Assembly (NCBI GenBank): GCA_963816145.1
Contig: CAWFJP010000003.1
Location: forward strand, 96,001-160,000
Direction: 5' to 3'
Origin: an uncultured delta proteobacterium
Lineage (GTDB): Bacteria > Desulfobacterota > Binatia > UBA9968
Length of the DNA stretch: 64,000 bases
In this document: in pieces, positions 48,901 through 57,536 of the stretch
Layout of the letters: each line of letters starts with the position of its first letter
Position numbering within the stretch: position 1 is the stretch's first letter
Program-made: the position numbers and the translations under genes
Notes under the pieces: generated by a model
What the model was told of the DNA's origin: nothing
The model's input: only the letters and a program-made list of their open reading frames with translations
Database searches by the model: none

Positions 48901-49316
48901 CCGTGATCGTCGACGACTCGGGTCCGCATTGCTTCAATCCCGATGAGGCTGTGCAGCGCTTTAAAGCCGACGAGGATATTCTATTCACTGCCGGCGGCGT
49001 TCTTCGGCTCCCGGAACCTTTCCAGCGCACTCTGTATTTGCCTCAACGGGTGCAGGAACAGATGCCGCCAGCTGTCCTCGATGCCATATCCAGATACAAT
49101 CCGGTCAATCTCGGCGGCTGCGTGCTTTCAGGGCTGCTCACGGCGCGTTATGAACATTTGACGCCGACGATCGGCGTGGTCGATGACGCGTCTTCAAAGT
49201 CGCACTATCAAGTGCTCCAGGGATTAGGCTATCAGGCGGCTGCCCTGCAGTGCCGCGGCTATACTCTGCCCGAAGAGTCCGTGCGAAAATTTCGAAAACG
49301 ATTCGGTTATGTATGA
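44892..49316 (+). CDS. NRPS module 5: C-A-T plus C-terminal NAD(P)-binding acyl-ACP-reductase-like domain
   Basis: The frame is open upstream as FLPTREERVPLSFAQQRLWFLD, so there is no genuine start; HHIVSDGWS; YTSGSTGTPKG; LGLHSLS; terminal VSLTGLLPS, VTTGH, AFLGLGSIG, IVDDSGP and LGGCVLSGLL. Confidence 0.88.
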   Translation: MWFLDQYEPNSSVYNIPSALRLKGSLDIAALEQSLNEIVRRHESLRTTFAAVDGEPLQLIAPALRMSVPITDLTHHSASDREHEAQRLATEQAREPFDLSQGPLLRVLLLCLGQDDHVLVLSMHHIVSDGWSRGVFYHELSMLYQAYTQGNPSPLSELPIQYADFAVWQRQWLQGEVLEDQLSYWKKQLAGAPALLQLPTDRPRPAVQSYRGAVQSIELSQELAQGLQALSARQGVTLFMTLLAVFQTLLYRYTGQNDIVVGSPIANRNRAEIEGLIGFFVNTLVLRTDLSGNPTFKELLTRVRETALGAYTHQDLPFEKLVEELHPQRSLGRSPLVQVLFNFLETQNDRLSLPGLDASPFGAIAIPSKFDLTLYAVPKSERLTLTVSYNVDLFDDTTISRMLGHLCSLLAAVTADSDRRLSELPLLTDDERRQLLVEWSGSEPHTPEHRCIQHLFEAQVQRTPDAIALTDEHLSLTYSELDGRANQFARYLRTRGVASEDLIPIFMERGCDMVIAVLGILKAGAAYVPLDFDYPRMRLAYMLGDTRATLLVTSAPCLNRLPEYKGEIICFDRDRHLFEKESAGNPSWATSAADLCYVYYTSGSTGTPKGVLTSHRGLARYCDFLADAYNLNSTDSVLQLASFSFDASVRDMIAPLTVGARVVLVNQQGAKDPTVLISKIKQERITCLLSTVPPMLNELAETMLAEVSPRHDSLRLILVGGEALRGSLCRKVHEVFGENTLLVNQYGPTECTMTSSYHPISLADHQHPTAPIGRPIPHTQLYVLDDDFNPTPVGIEGELYIGGEGLTLGYLNRPDLTAEGFIPHPYSNKPGERLYRTGDVVRYRSDGIFDFVGRRDGQVKIRSIRIELGEIESVLGQHPKVREAVVLAPEDSTGEKQLVAYVVAQQEAAPTDSKLRDFLKQRLPEHMVPAFFVFRPALPRSPNGKVDRKALPAPDFKRRETNATFAAPRSVFEIKLVKLAAEILKIDKVGIHDNLFDLGLHSLSATQLVSRVRTKLGRKLPLRHIFEAPTIAGLARLIETLADENNPEPIASGQKAETELIPKRIPNKTLSSQRVNGDARPLSIERRSLLSLLSAGKIQPVDAAALSYLSEDFFQHMGLSPDAALYDWFDELPCVFGINETHLGRIANIGLPRLRSRLYDDQSDLVSLILDALEISHRIGARVVSLTGLLPSATNYGQAVAEVISANDRYPLVTTGHATTVSTVVMTIERILREAGKILAEEKVAFLGLGSIGYTTLRLMLHSLPHPKSITLCDIYSKLDHLKSIRDDLIHDLQFAGSIRIVESKGEVPREVYAAGLIVGATNVPDVLNIEQIRPGTVIVDDSGPHCFNPDEAVQRFKADEDILFTAGGVLRLPEPFQRTLYLPQRVQEQMPPAVLDAISRYNPVNLGGCVLSGLLTARYEHLTPTIGVVDDASSKSHYQVLQGLGYQAAALQCRGYTLPEESVRKFRKRFGYV

Positions 49317-49345
49317 ACTCCGCCGCTATCCGTGGATGAATCCAA

Positions 49346-51217
49346 GTGATGTTTACGCACCAACTTTTTGAAGCCCAGGCCAGAGAGACGCCGGACAATG
49401 TCGCGCTGGTTTATGGCGAGGATTCACTTACCTATCGCGAACTCGATTGCCGTGCCAATCAACTGGCGCGCCGCCTGCGCTCACTCGGGGTGGTTCCAGA
49501 GGTGCCAGTGGGCATCTGCATGGAGCGTTCCGTGGAATTGGTGATTGCGGTCCTGGCGCTGCTCAAAGCCGGCGGCGCCTATGTCCCGCTGGACCCGTCG
49601 AATCCCCAAGAGCGTCTATCTTTTATCGTTAATGAAACTCGGCCCAAAGTGCTGCTCGCTCAAGAACGGCTGTTGCAATGTCTTCCCGAAGTTGACGCAA
49701 AATCAATCTGCTTGGATACCGATTGGAGCACAGTATCCGCCGAAAGCGTCGATCCTGTTGAAAATTTAACTAACAGCGAAAACCTGGGCTTTCTGATCTA
49801 CACTTCGGGTTCCACCGGAGAACCCAAAGCGGTAATGCTGCCCCATCGCCCGCGTGATCCGCGCACTTCCCATGAGCAAAAGCTTTACCAAATGACCGCC
49901 AAGGACCGCCATATCCTAAAAAGTTCGATTAGTTTTACGCTGATACTTCGCGAACTTTTCTGGCCGCTTTTGACTGGCGCTCGTTTAATCATCAGTCCAC
50001 CGGGCACGGAAACCGATATGGACTATCTGCTTCAACTCATCGCGAAACACCAGATTAGTATTATCACGCTGACTCCTTCCACGCTTCGAGCCGTCCTATC
50101 CCAGAATGGGCTTGAGCGCTGCGATAGCCTGCGACACATCGTCTGTTTCGGCGAGCCTTTGACCGCGGATCTGCAATCGCTCTATTTTGCCAAACTGTCG
50201 GCGGAATTGAGTCTCTACTACGGCACCACAGAGGCTCCGAGCGCTACCTACCGCAAATGCCAACCGTTCGAATCGCAAACGATTACGGAAATGGGGCAAA
50301 CACTACCGGGCGTGCAATTGCGCTTGCTCAACGAATCTCTGGAGAGTGTTCCGGACGGAACCTGCGGTGAAATCTATCTGGGAGGGAAACTGGCCCGCGG
50401 CTATTTCAAACGTCCAGACCTGACGGCAGAAAAATTCATTCCTCATCCTTTCAGTCAGGAGCCAGGTGCACGCCTTTATAAAACCGGCGATCTCGGTCGC
50501 CTTTTGCCCGGCAATAGCATCGAATTCGTCGGTCGCGTGGATGATCTGGTCAAGGTCCGAGGTTTCCGCGTCGAGTTGGGGGAAATCGCCAAAACCATTC
50601 GTCAACATCCCGAGATTAATGATGCTGTGGTCGTCGCCCTTGATGCCGATTCCGATCGCAGCCGGATCGTGGCCTATGCCGTGCTCAAACCGAGATCGAC
50701 CATCGGCGCCACCGATCTTCGCTCGTTTATGCGATTAAAGTTGCCCGACTACATGGTCCCTGCGAGATTTATTTTCTTAGACGGTTTGCCGGTATCGCGT
50801 AATGGTAAGATTGACCGTAAAGCACTTCCTATTCCTGGACGGTCGAGGCCGGAGCTGAATACGCCGCTCATCAGCCATAGAACGCCTCTTGAAAAAGATC
50901 TGGCGCGAATTTGGTGCGACGTTCTTGAGCTGGATCAGATCGGCATACATGACAATTTTATTGATTTGGGAGGGGATTCGTTGGCGGCCACACGAATCAT
51001 ATCCCGGGTAATTGCCAACTTTCAGATAGAAATTCCTCTTCGGGCCTTGTTCCAATCACCAACCGTCGCTGAAATGGCGTGCGTCATTTCTCAACACGAA
51101 GTTAATAAACTGGAGCAACACGATCTGACAAAAATCCTTGACGAACTGGAGTGTCTCGGAGAAGAAGAGGCGCGTCGCTTGGCAAATAAAGTAACTTTAA
51201 AGCCGGCGAAAAAATGA
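49346..51217 (+). CDS. Stand-alone A-T NRPS protein with atypical A-domain pocket
   Basis: YTSGSTGEPK, YKTGD, VKVRGFRVE, NGKIDRK and LGGDSL; FTLI replaces FDxS. Confidence 0.88.
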   Translation: MMFTHQLFEAQARETPDNVALVYGEDSLTYRELDCRANQLARRLRSLGVVPEVPVGICMERSVELVIAVLALLKAGGAYVPLDPSNPQERLSFIVNETRPKVLLAQERLLQCLPEVDAKSICLDTDWSTVSAESVDPVENLTNSENLGFLIYTSGSTGEPKAVMLPHRPRDPRTSHEQKLYQMTAKDRHILKSSISFTLILRELFWPLLTGARLIISPPGTETDMDYLLQLIAKHQISIITLTPSTLRAVLSQNGLERCDSLRHIVCFGEPLTADLQSLYFAKLSAELSLYYGTTEAPSATYRKCQPFESQTITEMGQTLPGVQLRLLNESLESVPDGTCGEIYLGGKLARGYFKRPDLTAEKFIPHPFSQEPGARLYKTGDLGRLLPGNSIEFVGRVDDLVKVRGFRVELGEIAKTIRQHPEINDAVVVALDADSDRSRIVAYAVLKPRSTIGATDLRSFMRLKLPDYMVPARFIFLDGLPVSRNGKIDRKALPIPGRSRPELNTPLISHRTPLEKDLARIWCDVLELDQIGIHDNFIDLGGDSLAATRIISRVIANFQIEIPLRALFQSPTVAEMACVISQHEVNKLEQHDLTKILDELECLGEEEARRLANKVTLKPAKK

Positions 51218-51389
51218 ACAACTGCAGGGGATTCCAACTGGACACCCCTCCGCAAATGTTTATGCCCATCATCCCATCACAGCCCAAACCGCACGGTTTT
51301 TTGTCAGTTGGTCATGACTCGTGTCAAGCCCGGAATTAGCTTCAGCGAGCATGGGTTTTAGGGAAACAAAAGTTAACCGTTATTTCCAC

Positions 51390-51615
51390 TTGTAGAGGTG
51401 ATTGCGACGGTTTACTTAGAACTAGTTCGGCAGGCGGTACCCGCCGAGCTTCGAGAGATCGCAAAATTAATACGCGATGAAAATCGGCTTTTGACATTAG
51501 ATTAAGTGGCGCAGCGATTATCGGTCTCTAAGGATCGGGTCTAGCGGTAGGGGAAACAGATCAACTTTCACGAGAAAATTGGCTCCGAAACTGGTTCGCT
51601 TTTCTGAAGGCGCTG
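51390..51615 (+). pseudogene. Excisionase-like helix-turn-helix DNA-binding protein remnant
   Basis: ENRLLTLD*VAQRLSVSKDRV*R*GKQ then, after a frameshift, FTRKLAPKLVRFSE. Confidence 0.55.
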
Positions 51616-51889
51616 ATGTTCGTTGACAGTGCACCGACAGTTCCTTAGTGGAACTGGCGCGGTTCACGCTATTCGGCATCGAACTTGAGGCGGAGGCCGT
51701 CGCTGCGTTGTTATGGCGGGAACTAGCTAAGCTGGTGGTTATTGTGTCCCAGCGGGAACTCCATGGGCATGCAGCGGGATATTGAGCGGCGGGAAAACAA
51801 GCCGGCGTATCGCCGTTAGAAGGCTTACGCTCGGCCTTGCATCAGCGCGGGATTTAGCGATATGAGTGCGACAGGAGAAAGGAGGTCCT

Positions 51890-52156
51890 ATGCCCGCATA
51901 CGACATTACAGCGCGTTGCCAGGATTGCGGCCGCGATCACCCGGTTCTCTTGAGGTTGCACATCGAAGAGGGTCCTGACCGCAAGCAAAGCATTACTGAT
52001 TCTTTTCGCGGGCGTTCGGTTCCTCCACAAGTTAAGGCCATTCGATGGCACACTGCGCTCTGTCCCATAACGGGTAGAAAATTCCCGTTGGAAAATGATA
52101 GCGAAGTGTTTTTAGTGCCGCCAGAGGTATTCAGGCGCGAGTCCGCCGGTCACTGA
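51890..52156 (+). CDS. Small hypothetical protein with CxxC motif (possible zinc ribbon)
   Basis: Strong RBS AAGGAGG; MPAYDITARCQDCGRDH...LCPITG. Confidence 0.6.
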   Translation: MPAYDITARCQDCGRDHPVLLRLHIEEGPDRKQSITDSFRGRSVPPQVKAIRWHTALCPITGRKFPLENDSEVFLVPPEVFRRESAGH

Positions 52157-52549
52157 AATCGTGACTGAATCTCAACTTTGCTTCCTGTGCAGCCTTTCCC
52201 GCCCGGGCATCCACCCGCCAATCATGATGCTCCGCTAAGCCAGTGTAAATGCTTGTATCAAATTGAACATCCGGCCGCTGAATCACGATTCCAGTGGGCG
52301 CGAAAGTGAAGTCGCCAAATCGCAAACCGTGGGCAGTTCAAAGATCAGAGTGAGCGGCAGATCCACCCGATAACAACGAAGGGGACCAGCGGATTCGGAA
52401 CACAGGATCCTTCCACCCTGACTTATTCACGTTGCTGTTAGACCCTGTCAGATTCACATTGCTATGACACTCCGGTCCAATTCCTGTTGAAAGAAAACCC
52501 CGCTCTGTGCAATACATGGTGGCCCAATACATGTGCATGGGGCCACCAT

Positions 52550-53551
52550 ATGACTGTAAATGAGATCAAAAATAGGTCGAGAGAAATCGAATTCGGAGTC
52601 CTTCTCCATACACGGCATTTGATTCGCAACGACGGACTAGCGCCTTCGTTTAAGACCATGTGGGAAGAGGCCGCACTTGCTGAAAAGCTCGGCATGGATC
52701 ACGTGTGGATTGGCGATAGCGTGACCGTATTAGACAGGGCGAGGGGTGACTGTCTAACCCTGATGGCTTCCCTTGCGATGAAAACAACCCGCCTCAAAAT
52801 TGGCACTGTGCCTCTTCTTCCCGCCATGCGTCCCCCGGTATTGCTAGCTCACACTCTCGCGACGCTCGACGTGATCTCACAGGGCCGTGTTCTAATTGGC
52901 GCCAGTGTCGCTCCGTCACTCCCCTACATACAGCATCAGTTCGAAGCATGCGGCGTTCCGTATTCCGAAAAGGCCGGTCGACTTAGCGAATCGATCCAAA
53001 TCATGAAGCGGTTATGGACAGAAAAAACGGTAAGCTTCGAAGGCAAATATCACAAGCTCCAGGATGTCGGCATATTACCCCATCCCATTCAACAGCCGAG
53101 TATCCCAGTGTGGGTGACAGCGGACCGTAGCGAAAACGCTTTCAAGCGCGTCGCGCGCTTGGCCGACGGTTGGTTCACGTCGGGTTCTCGCCCAGTGGAG
53201 AAATTTGCGATAAACCGGAATAAAATTCAGGCTTACGCGGAAACCTATGGCAGACGAAATTGGGATTTGCCATCGGGTATTTATGCCACGTTCAATCTGG
53301 ATACAAACCGGGAAAAGGCCATAGAAGAGGGATGGAAGTGGGCGATGGATTTTTTTCTTCAACCGAAGGCGAATTTGGATCATCTCTTTACTATCTTTGG
53401 AACACCGGATGACTGTGTCCAACTTCTCCAGACGTATGTTGATGCGGGGCTTACGGTAATCGTTGCCCGTTTGGCTTCCTCTGATGTTGAAAGGCAAATG
53501 CGACTGTTGATTGAGGAGGTAAAGCCTCGGCTGAGACCCCGAGTTGTATAG
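52550..53551 (+). CDS. LLM-class flavin-dependent oxidoreductase
   Basis: AEKLGMDHVWIGD, TTRLKIGT, LATLDVISQGR, PIQQPSIPVWV and RVARLADGW. Confidence 0.9.
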   Translation: MTVNEIKNRSREIEFGVLLHTRHLIRNDGLAPSFKTMWEEAALAEKLGMDHVWIGDSVTVLDRARGDCLTLMASLAMKTTRLKIGTVPLLPAMRPPVLLAHTLATLDVISQGRVLIGASVAPSLPYIQHQFEACGVPYSEKAGRLSESIQIMKRLWTEKTVSFEGKYHKLQDVGILPHPIQQPSIPVWVTADRSENAFKRVARLADGWFTSGSRPVEKFAINRNKIQAYAETYGRRNWDLPSGIYATFNLDTNREKAIEEGWKWAMDFFLQPKANLDHLFTIFGTPDDCVQLLQTYVDAGLTVIVARLASSDVERQMRLLIEEVKPRLRPRVV

Positions 53552-53698
53552 TTCGGCGCTCGTCACGAAGGAACGCAGAGCGATCGTTGGAAGCTGTTCA
53601 TGGAAAGCGCGGTGGCTGGGTAGTCTACGCCCATCGACCGGCTCGAAAAATGAGATTGTCCTGAAATACAATTTCTCAGAATAAAAAAGGAGTGAGCT

Positions 53699-54553
53699 AT
53701 GAGTAAATCAACCCCTAGCGTTATCCGAATCGATCACGGCGTTATTCCGACCAACGATTTAGGAAAGTCGCTGTCTTTTTTTACCGATGTCCTGGGTGCT
53801 CGCTTTAATGCTCTCGTAAATGTCAACCTGCGTGGGCTTAATCGTGAAGTTCCGGAGATTGCGTTCTTTACGTTAGCAAACCACCGAGGATTCGGTCTTT
53901 CGCTCGAAGATCAACCCATTCCGCCACCGATTCGCCCCTTAGAAGGACCTGTATGGGGATTCGAGGTCGACGACCGCGGTTTGGCAGGTGTAATCGCGGC
54001 TTTAGACCATCGTAAAGTCGCTTACGAGGGACCCGTAGAATATGCCAAGCCCAGTCCGATTGCCGCGTCCCTCTTCATACGAGATGTCCATGATTTCAAC
54101 TACGAGTTTTCGGTGCGGCGTGACGGACAAAAGAGCACTGACCCCGGTCAGGGAGACTTGGGACTTCGTCGCATCAACCATGTCCGACTCGAGGTCACGG
54201 ATTTACCGCTTGCTGAGCGTTGGTACCTGGATACGCTGGGTTTGGGTCGAATCGACCCGGTACCAGGGGATCGCCAAGCATCACTGGTGGTAGCGGAGAC
54301 GGAGCAGATCTTTATCCTTCATGAAGTGTCGCAGATGACGCAACGAAGCCACTACTGCCGTGGCCCCCACGTAGATGTCAAGGTTCCTATTGGGTCATTC
54401 GAGCCGTTCGTCTCGAACTTAACCAACGTTGAGAAATACTGGAGTCCGTTCGGCAACCGCATCCCGTGGCATGAGCCAAATATGCAGACGGTCTATTTCT
54501 ACGATCCATTCGGCAATCGTCTGCAGGTGAGCGAAAATAGACCGCATCATTGA
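53699..54553 (+). CDS. Two-domain VOC (glyoxalase/extradiol dioxygenase superfamily) protein
   Basis: RIDHGVIPTNDL..FFTDVLG, RINHVRLEVTDL..WYLDTLG and YFYDPFGNRLQ; RBS AGGAG. Confidence 0.82.
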   Translation: MSKSTPSVIRIDHGVIPTNDLGKSLSFFTDVLGARFNALVNVNLRGLNREVPEIAFFTLANHRGFGLSLEDQPIPPPIRPLEGPVWGFEVDDRGLAGVIAALDHRKVAYEGPVEYAKPSPIAASLFIRDVHDFNYEFSVRRDGQKSTDPGQGDLGLRRINHVRLEVTDLPLAERWYLDTLGLGRIDPVPGDRQASLVVAETEQIFILHEVSQMTQRSHYCRGPHVDVKVPIGSFEPFVSNLTNVEKYWSPFGNRIPWHEPNMQTVYFYDPFGNRLQVSENRPHH

Positions 54554-54786
54554 AACGGCGCGAACATTGCCGCTATGCCGCCGGCTGTTGGCGAACGCTG
54601 ATCACGGTGATAATCGCTGAAGTCGTCGGTTTAACAATGGGGCTAGTTGTTCAAGTTTCCAGTTCAGCGCCAAGCACGATTAACTCCTCGCTCTCGTCGG
54701 TGCTGAAAAGATTTGCAGGTGGTTAGCTGTTGCCTATCGTGTGGCCCCATGGAGCCTTTGCGGGAAGACTAAAAAGGAGAAGAACT

Positions 54787-55899
54787 ATGATTAGCAGTCC
54801 GATCTCCGACATGATGCTCGGAGTCAAAAACATGATTGAGGCGGCGGATATCCGGACCGGAGACCAAGTGTTACTTTTGGCAGACCGTCGAAGCGACCCC
54901 ATGAGTATCGAAGCTCTCACTGCAGGGCTCAAAATGCACGGTGCCATCCCGATGTCGTTGATGACTGAGCCGATTTCCCGCTACGGGCATGTTCCCGACG
55001 CGGTGCTACAAGCCATGCATGCTTCGGACGTCGCTATTTGGGTTTGGCCAGTTTTCATCACCTTCACCCCAAATCATCGAGCGATGGGCCGCCAGCGCGA
55101 AGAAAGCGGCACCCAGCTCAAGGAGCGACGGCTAAAACCGTACTTCGTTTACTTCGAGGGCACTCCCGGTCTCTTGGCGCGCGATTATGCGAAATTTCCT
55201 AACAAGGTTATGTGGAAGTTGGCTGAGAAAGTACGTGAGGTCGTGGCCTCCGGACGGGTGGTTAGAGTCGAAGACGATCTGGGTTCTAAATTGACCGCTA
55301 CCTACGACGGCAAACGCCTTTATGGCATGCAGTTTCGCGCCGGCGATCCACCGGGCCGCTGCCATTTTCCGTGGGGTCGTTGCGGTGTTTTCAACGGCGA
55401 CGGAAACGCAGATGGAGAAATATATTTAAGTTGCGTCCAAGGTGTGGCCGGCATGCTGGCCGAGCCAATGCACTGGAAGGTCAAGGACAGCTGGGTGGTG
55501 GAAGTTGATGGTGGGGGAGAGGTCGGAGAGGAATGCCGCAGACTCTTTGAACAGGTTCCGGGTTCAAATCGTTTGATCGAAATTATGTTTGGCTATCACC
55601 CTAAGGCTTCGATCGCCCACGGGATCGATGATCCGATGCACTGGGAACTCATTAGCAAGATGCCTTGGGCTGGCCTAGGTACCGAACGGAAACACCCGAA
55701 CTTTCGACATGTGGACGGCTCGGTCATGAACGCTCGCCTTTACATCGATGATCGGCTCGTTGTTGACAAGTACGGGATGCTCGATCGGTCACTGCTGCAC
55801 CATCCTGAGGTGTTAGATGTGGCTAGCCAATTCGGCGACCCCTATCAGGTGCTTGCGCCGGTATCACACGAAGCCCACGGGTCGAACACATCATGGTAG
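54787..55899 (+). CDS. M29 aminopeptidase-fold protein (NicX/leucyl aminopeptidase-like), function unknown
   Basis: RBS AAGGAG; IRTGDQVLLLAD, GSKLTA, EIMFGYHPKA and HVDGSVMNARLYIDDRLVV match the M29-like pattern. Confidence 0.6.
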   Translation: MISSPISDMMLGVKNMIEAADIRTGDQVLLLADRRSDPMSIEALTAGLKMHGAIPMSLMTEPISRYGHVPDAVLQAMHASDVAIWVWPVFITFTPNHRAMGRQREESGTQLKERRLKPYFVYFEGTPGLLARDYAKFPNKVMWKLAEKVREVVASGRVVRVEDDLGSKLTATYDGKRLYGMQFRAGDPPGRCHFPWGRCGVFNGDGNADGEIYLSCVQGVAGMLAEPMHWKVKDSWVVEVDGGGEVGEECRRLFEQVPGSNRLIEIMFGYHPKASIAHGIDDPMHWELISKMPWAGLGTERKHPNFRHVDGSVMNARLYIDDRLVVDKYGMLDRSLLHHPEVLDVASQFGDPYQVLAPVSHEAHGSNTSW

Positions 55900-56216
55900 C
55901 GCAAAACTTTCATGCTAAGCGGTTTGAAAACTTTCTCTCGTGAACAACATAACACGCATTGCCTCAGCCCCCAGTTAGAAGTCGCCCAATAAAGATATCA
56001 CGCAACTGTCAAAGGGTATTTAAAATGATTCCAGAGTTCACAGAGAGATCTTACCGAACGGAGGCCACATTTCTTTGAAGCAACTGTGACTACTTGTAGT
56101 GGCCCTCGCTCGACGCTGATTTTAGGCGGTGCAGAACCGGTCGCGTGAACGGTGCTTCGACAAAAGGCGGAGCGTCGTACTAAACGAACTGCAAATCAAC
56201 AAACAAGGAATAACGC

Positions 56217-57203
56217 ATGCGTAAATTTCGATGGAGCGCCATTCTCAGAGTTGCTGCTGCATTGTTAATTATTACATGGATTAGCTCCGCCCGTGCCGAA
56301 GAAGTGAGCGTGTCTTACGCTACCTTCACTGCGTCCTACATGGACCATTTGGTTGCTTTCGAAAGAGGCTACTTCACCGAAGAGGGATTGACTCTGAATA
56401 GGATTACGGCGGGCGGCGGAATTGCAACCCAAACTCTTGTCGCCAACAAATTGGATTTCAGCTCCTCTGGCAGTTCGGCGATGAGTGCTGCCATCCGCGG
56501 CGGACCTGTCAAGGTTGTTTATACCAACCTTTCACGACCCGCGTATAAACTGGTGACGAACAAACCCGAAATTCGGACAATGCAGGACCTGATCGGTAGA
56601 AAGATTGCGATTAACACCCATGGAGACACCGGCCACCTCGCAACGCTTTTGCTGCTAAGAAAACACCACATTAATCCTAAATCCGTTTTGTTCATCGCAG
56701 TGCGCAGTAACGATGCAAAGCTTCCCGCGTTTCTCGCAGGTGCCGTCGATGCCGCGCCACTGACTGCCGGGGAAATCACCAAGATAGGCCCGGACAAAGG
56801 GCGAATTTTTGCTGATTTTCGCACGGAGATACAGATGGTGTACACCGGTGTGGCGGTTTCCAACCGGTTTCTCGCCGAAAGACCGATGACTGTGGAACGC
56901 TTTATGCGCGGGCTGGCCAAAGGGCGCGAATTTGCGAGACGTTTCAAAGAACCAACGGTTGCCATTATCGCTAAACGTAATCCGCTGCCGGTGGAAGCCT
57001 TGTCGCTCGATTATGACATCGCGCTGGGAAGCATGACCGAGGAGGGATGGATTAGTGATGAAACGCTTAACGAAGAAGTAAAGACCCGTGCTGAGTTGGT
57101 TAATGCTACCAAAGTTCCGGATGTGGGGACTATTTTCGACTATGCCCCGATCAAAAAGGCATATGCAGACTTGAAGAAAGAGGGGTGGAAGCCGACGCGG
57201 TGA
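56217..57203 (+). CDS. ABC transporter substrate-binding protein (NMT1/THI5/SsuA-like)
   Basis: Signal peptide; ERGYFTEEGL, DLIGRKIAI and FLAGAVDAA. Confidence 0.85.
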   Translation: MRKFRWSAILRVAAALLIITWISSARAEEVSVSYATFTASYMDHLVAFERGYFTEEGLTLNRITAGGGIATQTLVANKLDFSSSGSSAMSAAIRGGPVKVVYTNLSRPAYKLVTNKPEIRTMQDLIGRKIAINTHGDTGHLATLLLLRKHHINPKSVLFIAVRSNDAKLPAFLAGAVDAAPLTAGEITKIGPDKGRIFADFRTEIQMVYTGVAVSNRFLAERPMTVERFMRGLAKGREFARRFKEPTVAIIAKRNPLPVEALSLDYDIALGSMTEEGWISDETLNEEVKTRAELVNATKVPDVGTIFDYAPIKKAYADLKKEGWKPTR

Positions 57204-57285
57204 CCCCATCAGCAATTCCGTCCAATGCCGGCCGCGTCGCCAGCGGTCTTTTCGTAATCAATAGCTATTTGTTCACACGTCAATC

Positions 57286-57312
57286 TAGCGTCTTCGACGG
57301 GATTTGAAGCCG
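57286..57312 (-). repeat. Degenerate duplicate of the tRNA-Glu 3' end (att-like)
   Basis: TAGCGTCTTCGACGGGATTTGAAGCCG versus TGGCGTCCCCGACGGGATTTGAACCCG (58841-58867), 23/27 identical. Confidence 0.65.
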
Positions 57313-57464
57313 AATATGAGAACCGGGACGATGGTGACTAACTGGACAAAGTCGAATGGAAGGAGGGCCGATAGATCTGGAGGCTACAGGCTCAGACCAG
57401 GGCAAGAGTGAGGAAGTGACGTTAGGTCTCGCTGTAGAGCAAAAATCCTTAAGTTCAATGCTGT

Positions 57465-57536
57465 GGGCCGGCGCGTCCCTGGGCCTCAGCCGTCGGGCAC
57501 GGGCAATGAGGCCCACCAGATCTCACCACGTCTCAT
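57465..57536 (-). pseudogene. MazF/PemK toxin N-terminal remnant
   Basis: MRRGEIWWASLPVPDG*GPGTRRP overlapping the antitoxin 3' end; premature TGA, rest of the gene missing. Confidence 0.75.

Noticed and set aside
48129-49316. Canonical thioesterase or SDR-type thioester reductase domain
   Set aside because: No GxSxG nucleophile motif and no N-terminal TGxxGxxG/YxxxK arrangement; the Rossmann motif is internal.
30430-57285. A single island bounded by a tRNA-Gly direct repeat
   Set aside because: No duplicate of the tRNA-Gly 3' end was found by eye, so boundaries cannot be supported.
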